Below are positions 30,575 through 39,148 of a stretch of DNA of 64,000 bases, one piece after another. Origin of the DNA: Candidatus Lambdaproteobacteria bacterium RIFOXYD2_FULL_50_16 (lineage in GTDB: Bacteria > SAR324 > XYD2-FULL-50-16); contig MFNE01000047.1 in NCBI GenBank assembly GCA_001783695.1, positions 3,555-67,554 of the forward strand, given 5' to 3'. The notes below the pieces were generated by a model, which was given only the letters and a program-made list of their open reading frames with translations, did no database searches and was not told the DNA's origin. A program made the position numbers and the translations under genes. The first letter of the stretch is position 1; each line of letters begins with the position of its first letter.

Positions 30575-32416
30575 CTAATTAGCCGGGGTTATCTCAGGAT
30601 CGGAGACAGGCCAAACGGAGCTATCTCCTGGGGCCATTCCGGCCAGTTCCATAAAGGTTTCGGCACCAACCGTTTCGTGTTCCATCAAGGCCTGGGTCAA
30701 GGCTTCGAGTTGATTTCGGTGTTTCGTTAAGATACCCAAGGCGTCGGCGTAACACTCGTCTAGTAGCGACTTAACCTCTTTATCCACCACATCTTGCACC
30801 TGATCGGAAATAGGATCTTCTTGATTGTAATCCATCGCCAAATAGTTCCCCGAATTGCCCAAGGGCACGGTCAAGGCTCCTAACTTTTCACTCATGCCCC
30901 ACTGGCAAACCATTTTATAGGCAATGTCCGTGGCGTTTTGCAGGTCGTTTTCCACGCCTGTCGAGAAGTCCCCTAGCACCAAATCCTCAGCAGCGCGTCC
31001 CCCTAAGCCAACCTTAATTCGAGCCATCAACGCTTCTTTGTCGTATGACAGTCGGTCCGTTTCGGGTAGGAAGCTGGTTACGCCTAAGGCGCGTCCCCGA
31101 GGAATGATGGTGATTTTATGGACCGGGTCAGCACATTTGGTGTGGGCGGCGACCAGGGCGTGACCAGCTTCGTGGTAAGCGGTAGCCCTTTTTTCACTAT
31201 CTTGCATAATCAGGGATTTGCGTTCAGCACCCATCATGATTTTGTCGCGGGCCCATTCCATATCATCCAGCTGCACCTCGTTTTTATTGAGTCGTGCGGC
31301 TCTAAGGGCCGATTCATTAATCAGGTTGGCTAGTTCAGCCCCAGAAAAGCCAGGGGTGCCCTTGGCGATAGATTCTAGATCCGTGTTGGGCTCTAAGGCG
31401 ATTTTTTTGGAGTGAACCACCAATATCTCTTTGCGACCCCTTATGTCAGGCAAGCCAACATACACTTGGCGGTCGAAACGGCCCGGTCGGGTCAAAGCCG
31501 GGTCTAAAATATCAGAGCGGTTGGTGGCGGCGATGGTAATAATTCCTTCAGAACCGTCAAACCCGTCCATCTCGACCAAAAGCGCGTTTAAAGTTTGCTC
31601 CCGCTCGTCATGGCCCGAACCCAGCCCTGCCCCACGGTGACGACCTACGGCGTCAATCTCGTCGATAAAAATAATACAGGGCTTGTTTTTATAGGCATCG
31701 TCAAACAAATCTCGCACCCTAGAGGCACCCACCCCTACAAACATCTCCACAAAGTCCGAACCAGAGATGGAAAAAAAGCTTACCCCTGCTTCCCCGGCGA
31801 CGGCCTTGGCCAGCAGGGTTTTACCGGTCCCTGGAGGGCCTACCATCAAGACCCCTTTAGGAATTTTGCCTCCTAAAACCTGGAATTTATGAGGGTCTTT
31901 TAAAAATTCAACAATCTCAACCAATTCTTCCTTGGCTTCTTCCACCCCAGCCACGTTGGCAAAGCGAATGTCGTTGGTGTCTTCTTCATAGCGGCGGGCT
32001 TTGGATTTTCCAATCGACATAATCTTGCCACCGCCTCCGCCTCCAGGCATGCGGCGCATCATAAAGATCCAAACCCCAACTAAAAGAATCAGTGGTCCCC
32101 ACTGCAATAGAAGTGATAGGTACCAAGGGCTATCCTCTTCAGGTTCGACCTTGATTCCTACCCGTTGGGCGCGTAGTTTTTCTAGAAGGTCTGGGTCATA
32201 GGTGCCACGACTTGAAAAAGCCTTGCCACTGGTGGTGGTGCCCTTAACCCAATCCCCTTGTAGGGTGACCGAGCCGATCTGGCCCCGGTCTAAATAGGTA
32301 AGAAAGTCAGAGTAAGCGATGTCCGTAACTGGCGGGCTGGACCAGTTGAAATTGTTAACTATGGAAAAGAATAGGACCAAAATGGCTAGGCCCGTCAGGA
32401 TCGATTTGCTATTCAA
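30575..32416 (-). CDS. ftsH: ATP-dependent zinc metalloprotease FtsH
   Basis: N-terminal TM anchor, AAA Walker [22 protein letters not shown], and zinc-binding HEAGHALV. Confidence 0.95.
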   Translation of the reverse strand: MNSKSILTGLAILVLFFSIVNNFNWSSPPVTDIAYSDFLTYLDRGQIGSVTLQGDWVKGTTTSGKAFSSRGTYDPDLLEKLRAQRVGIKVEPEEDSPWYLSLLLQWGPLILLVGVWIFMMRRMPGGGGGGKIMSIGKSKARRYEEDTNDIRFANVAGVEEAKEELVEIVEFLKDPHKFQVLGGKIPKGVLMVGPPGTGKTLLAKAVAGEAGVSFFSISGSDFVEMFVGVGASRVRDLFDDAYKNKPCIIFIDEIDAVGRHRGAGLGSGHDEREQTLNALLVEMDGFDGSEGIITIAATNRSDILDPALTRPGRFDRQVYVGLPDIRGRKEILVVHSKKIALEPNTDLESIAKGTPGFSGAELANLINESALRAARLNKNEVQLDDMEWARDKIMMGAERKSLIMQDSEKRATAYHEAGHALVAAHTKCADPVHKITIIPRGRALGVTSFLPETDRLSYDKEALMARIKVGLGGRAAEDLVLGDFSTGVENDLQNATDIAYKMVCQWGMSEKLGALTVPLGNSGNYLAMDYNQEDPISDQVQDVVDKEVKSLLDECYADALGILTKHRNQLEALTQALMEHETVGAETFMELAGMAPGDSSVWPVSDPEITPAN

Positions 32417-32433
32417 GTGACTCCCTTGGTTTT

Positions 32434-33039
32434 TTAACTTACTACGCTGACTGAATTTTCAATAAATTGCCGTGAAGTTTGGTACAAGCTTTGATCAATT
32501 TGTCCGGTCTTTAGGCAGTAATCTAAGATCTCAAACAGGTCAATCATGGCGTGGAGATGGTAACCCTGGGCAGCTAAGGTTTCCTTGCCCCCTTGGCGGC
32601 GGTCAATCAAAACGACTACGTCCTTGACCCTTAACCCTTCGTCCTCGAATATTTTAAAGGTTTCGAATTTGGAGAGTCCGTTAGTGATCAGATCGTCTAA
32701 AACCAAGACCCGTTGTCCCTTTTTGTAAACCCCTTCAATCCGTTTTTTGGTGCCGTAACCCTTGATTTCTTTACGCGCATAAATCATAGGGCGGTCCATT
32801 TTTTGGGCGAAAAGAGCGGCAATCGGCAGGGCGGTATAAGGAATACCGGCGACCAAGTCGTAACCAATCCCTTGGGACAGATCGCCTAAAGCGCCAACTA
32901 TCTGCCCCATCAATCGGGGGTAGGCCACAATCATCCGCAAATCGACATATACGGGCGAAACCAAGCCCGACTTTAGGGTAAAAGAGCCAAACTTCACCGC
33001 CCCGATCTGCACCAAACCTTCGATAATCTCAGTTTTCAC
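32434..33039 (-). CDS. pyrE: orotate phosphoribosyltransferase
   Basis: 201 aa with the PRTase PRPP-binding loop (VLVLDDLITNG) and OPRTase N-terminal features. Confidence 0.8.
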   Translation of the reverse strand: MKTEIIEGLVQIGAVKFGSFTLKSGLVSPVYVDLRMIVAYPRLMGQIVGALGDLSQGIGYDLVAGIPYTALPIAALFAQKMDRPMIYARKEIKGYGTKKRIEGVYKKGQRVLVLDDLITNGLSKFETFKIFEDEGLRVKDVVVLIDRRQGGKETLAAQGYHLHAMIDLFEILDYCLKTGQIDQSLYQTSRQFIENSVSVVS

Positions 33040-33917
33040 AGTGCCGGTCCTTTTAACTTGTCGCAGACTTCTTGGTAACGGGCCAAGGAGTGTTCGATCA
33101 CCGACTGGGGCAGGCTAGGGCCGGGGTATTGTTTGTTCCAATCGAGGGTTTCTAAATAATCCCGAATGATTTGTTTATCGTAGCTCTTCTGCGCCCGCCC
33201 TGGCTGGTAGTCATTGGCTGGCCAGAAACGGCTGGAGTCGGGAGTTAAGACCTCGTCGATTAAAATCACCTCGCCATCTAAATAACCAAACTCAAATTTG
33301 GTGTCGGCAATTATAATACCCCTTTTAGCCGCATAATCGCGAGCGTCTTTATAGAGGGCTAAGGACTTTTCTTTGACCAGATCGACTAGCTTAGGGTCCA
33401 CCTGGGTCTTGAGTTCAGCTTCGGAGATGTTGATATCGTGCCCTTCGTGGGCCTTGGTGCTGGGGGTAAACAGGGGTTCTTCTAGCTTGGCCGAATCGGT
33501 CAAACCTTTGGGCAACTCAATCCCGCAAACCTTGCCGGTTGCCTTGTAGTCCTTGTAACCTGATCCGCTTAAATATCCCCGGACAATCGATTCAAACTGA
33601 ATCATTTCGGTTTTGGTAACCAGTACGGCGCGCCCCCTTAATATATCTTTATACTTCTGGCATTCTTGAGGAAACTCCTCCACCTCGGCGGTGACCATGT
33701 GGTTTTTAATTTGAGTTTTGTAGCGCTCAAACCAAAAATTGGAGATTTGGGTAAGCACCTGTCCTTTACCAGGGATCAAACAGGGTAGTACCACGTCAAA
33801 CGCAGAGATGTTGTCGGTGGCAACCATTAAAAGCTGTTTTCCAAAATCGTAAACCTCCCGAACCTTTCCTTTGCGATAAAGTTTGAGGTCAGGGCACAAG
33901 AGGGCAGGTTGGTTCAT
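33036..33917 (-). CDS. purC: phosphoribosylaminoimidazole-succinocarboxamide synthase (SAICAR synthetase)
   Basis: LYRGKVREVY N-terminal motif. The start was set at the internal Met (MNQPALL...). The longer ORF-track version (to 34016) has an atypical extension. Confidence 0.8.
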   Translation of the reverse strand: MNQPALLCPDLKLYRKGKVREVYDFGKQLLMVATDNISAFDVVLPCLIPGKGQVLTQISNFWFERYKTQIKNHMVTAEVEEFPQECQKYKDILRGRAVLVTKTEMIQFESIVRGYLSGSGYKDYKATGKVCGIELPKGLTDSAKLEEPLFTPSTKAHEGHDINISEAELKTQVDPKLVDLVKEKSLALYKDARDYAAKRGIIIADTKFEFGYLDGEVILIDEVLTPDSSRFWPANDYQPGRAQKSYDKQIIRDYLETLDWNKQYPGPSLPQSVIEHSLARYQEVCDKLKGPAL

Positions 33918-34063
33918 GGTCGAGTTAGGATTAAATTTTGGGTTTTTCTCTGCCCCAAAATATAGCAACCTCGTTTCACTTTGACCAGCCCTAGCCTTGA
34001 GGCCCGGCCCTTGCACGTCTATCAGAGGCGCACCTCTTTTACCGGGTCAAAGGGCTTTAAAAT

Positions 34064-34636
34064 ATGGGGACGATGAAGCATATTTTGTTGATATTATGGG
34101 TCTTGTTGGTCCTTGGCGGCTGTAGCTCACAAGAGGAGTTGAAGCTAGGGGCGTTGCAGCATTTTAACCGGGGCAACGAACATTTTGAACGACTCGATTA
34201 CAAACGAGCCCTGGAGGAATATGAACAGGCAATTGCCCTCTTTGACGAGCAACCAAGTTTTCATTATAACCTAGGCCTATGTTATTATAACCTAGTTTTG
34301 TACGAACGGGCCGAATTCACCTTCCGCCGAGCTACGGAACTCAACCCCGAGTTTGGTGAGGCCTGGTACAATTTAGCCCTGACCTTAGATAAATTGGACA
34401 AGTCGGACGAAGCTTTTTCTGCTTTTGACCGTTACCAACAGGTCAACCGAAAGAAAAAGCAGGTGGCCCAAGATAAAATTGCTAAGGAGGAAGAACAAAA
34501 ACTCCCACCTAGAGCAAAACTGTTAGGCCAAGAGGAACCCAAGAAAAACAAACTCCCACAAAAGGGTGATCCGATCCCTCCAGTCCAAAGGCTAGGGGAG
34601 GAAAAACCGTCCAAAACCAATTCCCGCCAAAAGTAG
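34064..34636 (+). CDS. TPR-repeat lipoprotein
   Basis: Lipobox LVLGGC, two or three TPR-like repeats, and a K/E/P-rich tail. Confidence 0.55.
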   Translation: MGTMKHILLILWVLLVLGGCSSQEELKLGALQHFNRGNEHFERLDYKRALEEYEQAIALFDEQPSFHYNLGLCYYNLVLYERAEFTFRRATELNPEFGEAWYNLALTLDKLDKSDEAFSAFDRYQQVNRKKKQVAQDKIAKEEEQKLPPRAKLLGQEEPKKNKLPQKGDPIPPVQRLGEEKPSKTNSRQK

Positions 34637-34699
34637 CCTTGATCTTGACTCGACCATCGGGTAGTTTGTGGGCTTAACCACCCGCCAGAATAAAACCGA

Positions 34700-35677
34700 A
34701 TGGTCCCCAAGCTTTCAGACATTTTAGCCCCGATACAAGTTGAGCTCGACCAGGTGGAAAAACTGGTTATGCAAAACCTGGAGACCGACATTGATCTATT
34801 GACCCAAGTGGGGCAGTACATCTTGGGGGCGGGGGGTAAAAGGGTGCGTCCGGCGATGCTTTTGTTTGCTGCCGGTTCTTTAGGCAAAATAAGTCAAGAC
34901 GCTTGCCAAACCGCTAACATCATCGAATACATCCACACCGCCACCCTGCTGCACGACGACGTGGTTGATAACGCCGACATGCGGCGCAGCAAAAAGGCGG
35001 CTCGAAGTATCTGGGGTAACGAAGCGAGCGTACTGGTTGGGGACTATTTATTTACGGTCAGCTTCAAATATCTCTCGGCCTTAGGCGAGATGAAGCTGAT
35101 TGAAGCGCTCTCAAAAACTACCACGCTCATGGCTCGGGGCGAGATTTTGCAATTGATCCGCACCAACGACCAAGCGACCGAGGCTGATTATTTAGAGATT
35201 GTTTTCCATAAGACCGCCACCTTGATGGGCGCGGCGATGGAGATGGGGGCTATCTTGGCGGGCGGGAGTGACAAGCAAGCCAGCCTGTATTATGAGATTG
35301 GCAAAAACATTGGTATGGCCTTTCAGATTGTGGACGACGCGCTGGATTATCAGGTCGATAACCAAAAGACCGGCAAAGAGCGGGGCACGGATCTAAAGGA
35401 GCGCAAGATTACCCTGCCCTTGTCCCGACTTTTAGAAATGGCAAGTCCGAAGGACAAAGAAGCGGTACTCGATATCCTGGACCTAGACGAGATTGGGGAC
35501 CTAGAAGTAGGCCAGATTGCGGAGTGGATCAAGGAATATAAGGTCACCGAATATTGTTTAGGGCGGGCGGAAGATTACGTGGCCTTAGCCAAAAAAGATC
35601 TGAAACAACTCCCTGAAAACATCTATACTCAAAGTATCGCCAGTCTGGCTGAATATGTGGTTTTTCGTAATCGCTAA
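34700..35677 (+). CDS. ispB: polyprenyl diphosphate synthase (octaprenyl/heptaprenyl type)
   Basis: First DDxxD (LLHDDVVDN) and second DDxxD (IVDDALD) motifs, with IspB-like length. Confidence 0.85.
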   Translation: MVPKLSDILAPIQVELDQVEKLVMQNLETDIDLLTQVGQYILGAGGKRVRPAMLLFAAGSLGKISQDACQTANIIEYIHTATLLHDDVVDNADMRRSKKAARSIWGNEASVLVGDYLFTVSFKYLSALGEMKLIEALSKTTTLMARGEILQLIRTNDQATEADYLEIVFHKTATLMGAAMEMGAILAGGSDKQASLYYEIGKNIGMAFQIVDDALDYQVDNQKTGKERGTDLKERKITLPLSRLLEMASPKDKEAVLDILDLDEIGDLEVGQIAEWIKEYKVTEYCLGRAEDYVALAKKDLKQLPENIYTQSIASLAEYVVFRNR

Positions 35678-35679
35678 GC

Positions 35680-36978
35680 TTGCCCCTTTTGGGGGTCAGG
35701 CGTATGCATACTCAAGAGCAACCCAAGGCTGGTTCTATGCGTTATCTTAAAATTATTCAGTTCCTCCTAATCGTCGTCCTCGCGATTAACGGTTGCTCCA
35801 AGCAAAATTACGGAGTCAAAAATCTGGAAGAGGAGCTTAGCCCCTTGTCTTCAGAATCCATGCGGCTCTATCCAGAGCAATTTGCTGATATTTTTATCGG
35901 AGATATGCTGGCGCAAGAGGGCCTGGTGCAGTCGGTTAAAAGTTCGATTGATTATTTCAAAAAGCTCGGGCCTGAACAATCCTTCCAATACGGCCAGATC
36001 AGCTACAAGGCGCCTGAATTGGTGCGCTCGATGGAGTTGTTTTTAGAGACCTTAGAGCAAAATTCCGATAAAGACGGGTTTGTGAAGGCGGTCCAGCAAA
36101 ATTTTCATGTTTTCGAAGCAAGCGGCAACCTAGACAAGGGGGTCCTGTTCACCGGATATTACGAGCCCATCTACTCAGGCTCGAAAACCAAAACCAAAGA
36201 ATATAGCGTTCCGGTTTACGCCAAGCCAAAGGATTTGCGGGTTTTAGGGCTAGGCGAGTTTAGGAGTAATTTGAAGTCTAACACCATTGTCTATCGCCTT
36301 GAAAATGGGGAGGTGGTGCCTTATTATTCGAGAGAAGAAATTGTCGGCAAGGAGGTGCTTAAGGACCAGGGATTAGAGGTTGCTTGGATGCGAGACCCGG
36401 TGGATTTGTTTTTCTTACAGGTGCAGGGTTCAGGGATCTTGGTGACCCCGACTGGTGAACGGATCAAGTTAGGCTACGACGGGGCCAACGGCCAGGCTTA
36501 TAACAGTATCGGCAAATACCTGCTCGACCAAGGGGTGATGCGGCTCGAAGAGATCAGCATGGGCAGCATCCGCAACTACCTCAGAGACAATCCCAAGCAG
36601 CGCGACCGTATTTTATTTCATAATCCGTCTTACGTCTTCTTTAAGGTCAACCCGGACGGGACCGATGGGCCCAGGGGCAACATCAATGTGCCCTTAACCC
36701 CGTTGCGTTCTGTCGCTACCGACACCACCCAATTCCCCAAAGGGGGATTAGCCTACCTCAGCGCAGAGGTGCCGGAATTTGACCCTAACTGGAAACATAT
36801 CGGGGGCAAGCGGGTTGCCCATTTTGTAATGAATCAAGATACCGGCGGCGCCATCCGCGGCCCCGCCCGCGCCGACCTCTTCTGGGGCAACGGCGACCTC
36901 GCCGAAAACTCCGCCGGTGCCATGCGCAACTTCGGCAAACTCTACTTCCTAGTCGCTAAAAAAGAGGTGTTGAAGTAG
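35680..36978 (+). CDS. mltA: membrane-bound lytic murein transglycosylase A-like lipoprotein
   Basis: Lipobox AINGC. MltA-type motif DLFFLQVQGSG and the C-terminal 3D-domain region. The true start is probably the internal Met at ~35737. Confidence 0.65.
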   Translation: MPLLGVRRMHTQEQPKAGSMRYLKIIQFLLIVVLAINGCSKQNYGVKNLEEELSPLSSESMRLYPEQFADIFIGDMLAQEGLVQSVKSSIDYFKKLGPEQSFQYGQISYKAPELVRSMELFLETLEQNSDKDGFVKAVQQNFHVFEASGNLDKGVLFTGYYEPIYSGSKTKTKEYSVPVYAKPKDLRVLGLGEFRSNLKSNTIVYRLENGEVVPYYSREEIVGKEVLKDQGLEVAWMRDPVDLFFLQVQGSGILVTPTGERIKLGYDGANGQAYNSIGKYLLDQGVMRLEEISMGSIRNYLRDNPKQRDRILFHNPSYVFFKVNPDGTDGPRGNINVPLTPLRSVATDTTQFPKGGLAYLSAEVPEFDPNWKHIGGKRVAHFVMNQDTGGAIRGPARADLFWGNGDLAENSAGAMRNFGKLYFLVAKKEVLK

Positions 36979-37580
36979 GGGGGTAAATAAAAACTTTGCA
37001 TTACTCTTTTACTGTTCCTTAATATAATTTTGGACCTGATTAAAAAATTAGGGGTCAGCTGGTTTTATTTAGCTGTTAATAGGTTTACCCAATTCCCAGC
37101 ATTAAAAACAACTTGACCTCGATCAATGTGATCTTGCCCAGAACGTAGTCATCGCTCTCCGAGGCCGCCGCAACGGATAAATTGCCTGTCAAAAGGTTGA
37201 TTTCCCTTTTCTATTTTCATCAACAAGCAGCGTCAAACCCCGATCCCAGCCTGGTTACTGATGTTAAAAAAGGCATGGAACAAGGAAATTTGGCATCTCT
37301 ACCCAAGAATTGAAGTTTTGTATTTTCAGCGTAGAAGCGAGTTAGAGGTCCATTTCTAACTGATACAGGGGAAAAACTCTCTTTGAAGCAAAAAAAACCG
37401 ATTCAATTCAATGGGAAATCGCTCCCAATGCTTGCCTACCCGACACCGCAAATCGAATCAACCAAGGCGAAATGCCCGATTTCAGGGAAACGCAATCGGC
37501 AGGCTCAAAATTTGTTTATTAGGCATTTTTAAAGCAATTTAGGAAACGAGCCTTTTAAAAAGACGGCTTGGGCCAAACGA

Positions 37581-37883
37581 TTGATTATTTATGATAAAAT
37601 TTGCGCCAATTATGGCAAACCGGGAGATATGCTGATGGAGCAGGTTTTCCCTATTAACAAGGCAGATTTAGATGAACAAAAGTCCGGTAACCTTGTACCC
37701 AGTTGCCAAGCTTGTAACGATTCAAAACACTATAAAAAATACCGGGATTTTCTTGCAGATCGTCCCGAAACAATTGACCGGATTGAAAAATATAGGCGGG
37801 AAATGGGGTATGAGCCTCTATCGGGCGACTTTAGTCAGATTCAAGAGATAATCGAATTGGCCAAAAGATATTTGGCAATTTAA
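37581..37883 (+). CDS. small HNH-like protein with degenerate motif (possible inactivated or truncated HNH endonuclease)
   Basis: 100 aa with ...NLVPSCQACNDSKH, which resembles the C-terminal half of an HNH motif. The upstream His is replaced (EQVFPI) and the first Cys pair is incomplete. It sits at the end of a 600-bp AT-rich non-coding stretch. Confidence 0.4.
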   Translation: MIIYDKICANYGKPGDMLMEQVFPINKADLDEQKSGNLVPSCQACNDSKHYKKYRDFLADRPETIDRIEKYRREMGYEPLSGDFSQIQEIIELAKRYLAI

Positions 37884-37906
37884 GTCTGTTTAATAACCTA
37901 GCCCCC

Positions 37907-39148
37907 CTACTCTTTGGGTTTCAGGTTGATCAAAAACTTGCGAGCTTGGGATTCGGTGATCTCGCCTGCCGAGTTTTTGGCGACCACACGCCAATAAAGG
38001 TGATCGGTTTCGGCGGATTCCATTAAAGCGGTGGCCATGGTGGGCATTTCACCTTTCATGGGGTTGATTTTGAGGCTGGGGGTCCAGTGGTCACCCATGG
38101 GGAGGTAGAAACTGTCGGCCTCATTCGCAAATTCGGAATCTGCTGAGATTTGCAGTTTAAATTGATTGTACTTCTGGCTGCGCCACTCGAATTGGAAGAG
38201 GCCGTCTTCAGCAAAGGAGTAGGAGTCGGCCGGGAAAACTAGGGCGACATCGCCAAAGATCAGCGGTTGGTCGGTTGTTTCTTCATTGTTGTTTTCGTTG
38301 ATTTCGGCAACGGTTTTGTCTTCATCTAGTTTAGCCAATACTTGATATTTACCCTTTTGCTCGACTCCGGGGATGGTCAAGGGAACCTCTAATACCTTGT
38401 GTTCCCCTGGAGCAATCATCCCTAAACGGTCCCGGAAAAAGAGGACCTTGCGGTTAGGCCGTTGGGCGAAATACCAATATAGGGTGTATTCGACGTTATT
38501 AGCCGTGTTGCCCCCATCGTTATAAATATACAGCCGCACATGGGTCGATTCACCGCGCAAAACCGAACTGGCAAGCAGGGTCACCCGCTCATATTTGAGG
38601 TCCGGCGGGTCAAAGTTAACCTTAGTGGCCAATTTTTCCTCTTCCTTCTTTTTCTCGGCAACCTGCGCTTCTTCCTCTTCTGACAATTTTTTCACCCGCC
38701 GTTTGGCCGGGGGAGCGTTCCTGATACTTCGGTCAAGGCCGTAGAAAATGAGTTCTTGTAGTTTACTGGTTTGCAGAATCTGAACCTCTTTTTTGTCAAA
38801 GACCCTAACGGCCACTGTAAAATCCCCCCCATCGTGTTTGCCGATGGGATAAGGAATCAGAGCGGTAGTGTCGGAGTTAACACCAGCAACAATTTCTTTG
38901 TTACCAAAAGTAATGATGTTGCGGTTGGGTAGGGTAATAACCAGTCGGACCTGGAGGTGATGCGCGTTGGGAGTAGCATTGCGAATGGTTACTTCAACCA
39001 ATTGTTCATGACCTGTATCAATAATCTCTTCGGCAATTAGCACCTTTTCAATGGTAATCCCAGGGATCTCATGAATCTCGTCTTGGGCCTTGAGGCTCAA
39101 AGGCAGGGCAAACCCAAGGGCAAAGAGAATAAGGTGGATCGGTCGCAT
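37907..39148 (-). CDS. secreted hypothetical protein (413 aa), co-transcribed downstream of the FG-GAP protein
   Basis: Signal peptide (LSLKAQ), a beta-rich body, and an E/K-rich internal linker. Its start abuts the stop of the upstream gene. Confidence 0.45.
   Translation of the reverse strand: MRPIHLILFALGFALPLSLKAQDEIHEIPGITIEKVLIAEEIIDTGHEQLVEVTIRNATPNAHHLQVRLVITLPNRNIITFGNKEIVAGVNSDTTALIPYPIGKHDGGDFTVAVRVFDKKEVQILQTSKLQELIFYGLDRSIRNAPPAKRRVKKLSEEEEAQVAEKKKEEEKLATKVNFDPPDLKYERVTLLASSVLRGESTHVRLYIYNDGGNTANNVEYTLYWYFAQRPNRKVLFFRDRLGMIAPGEHKVLEVPLTIPGVEQKGKYQVLAKLDEDKTVAEINENNNEETTDQPLIFGDVALVFPADSYSFAEDGLFQFEWRSQKYNQFKLQISADSEFANEADSFYLPMGDHWTPSLKINPMKGEMPTMATALMESAETDHLYWRVVAKNSAGEITESQARKFLINLKPKE

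Noticed and set aside
37430-37470. Possible tRNA T-arm-like motif (ATCGAATCA) in the AT-rich gap
   Set aside because: No acceptor or anticodon stem could be built around it. There is no GGTTCGAATCC consensus.
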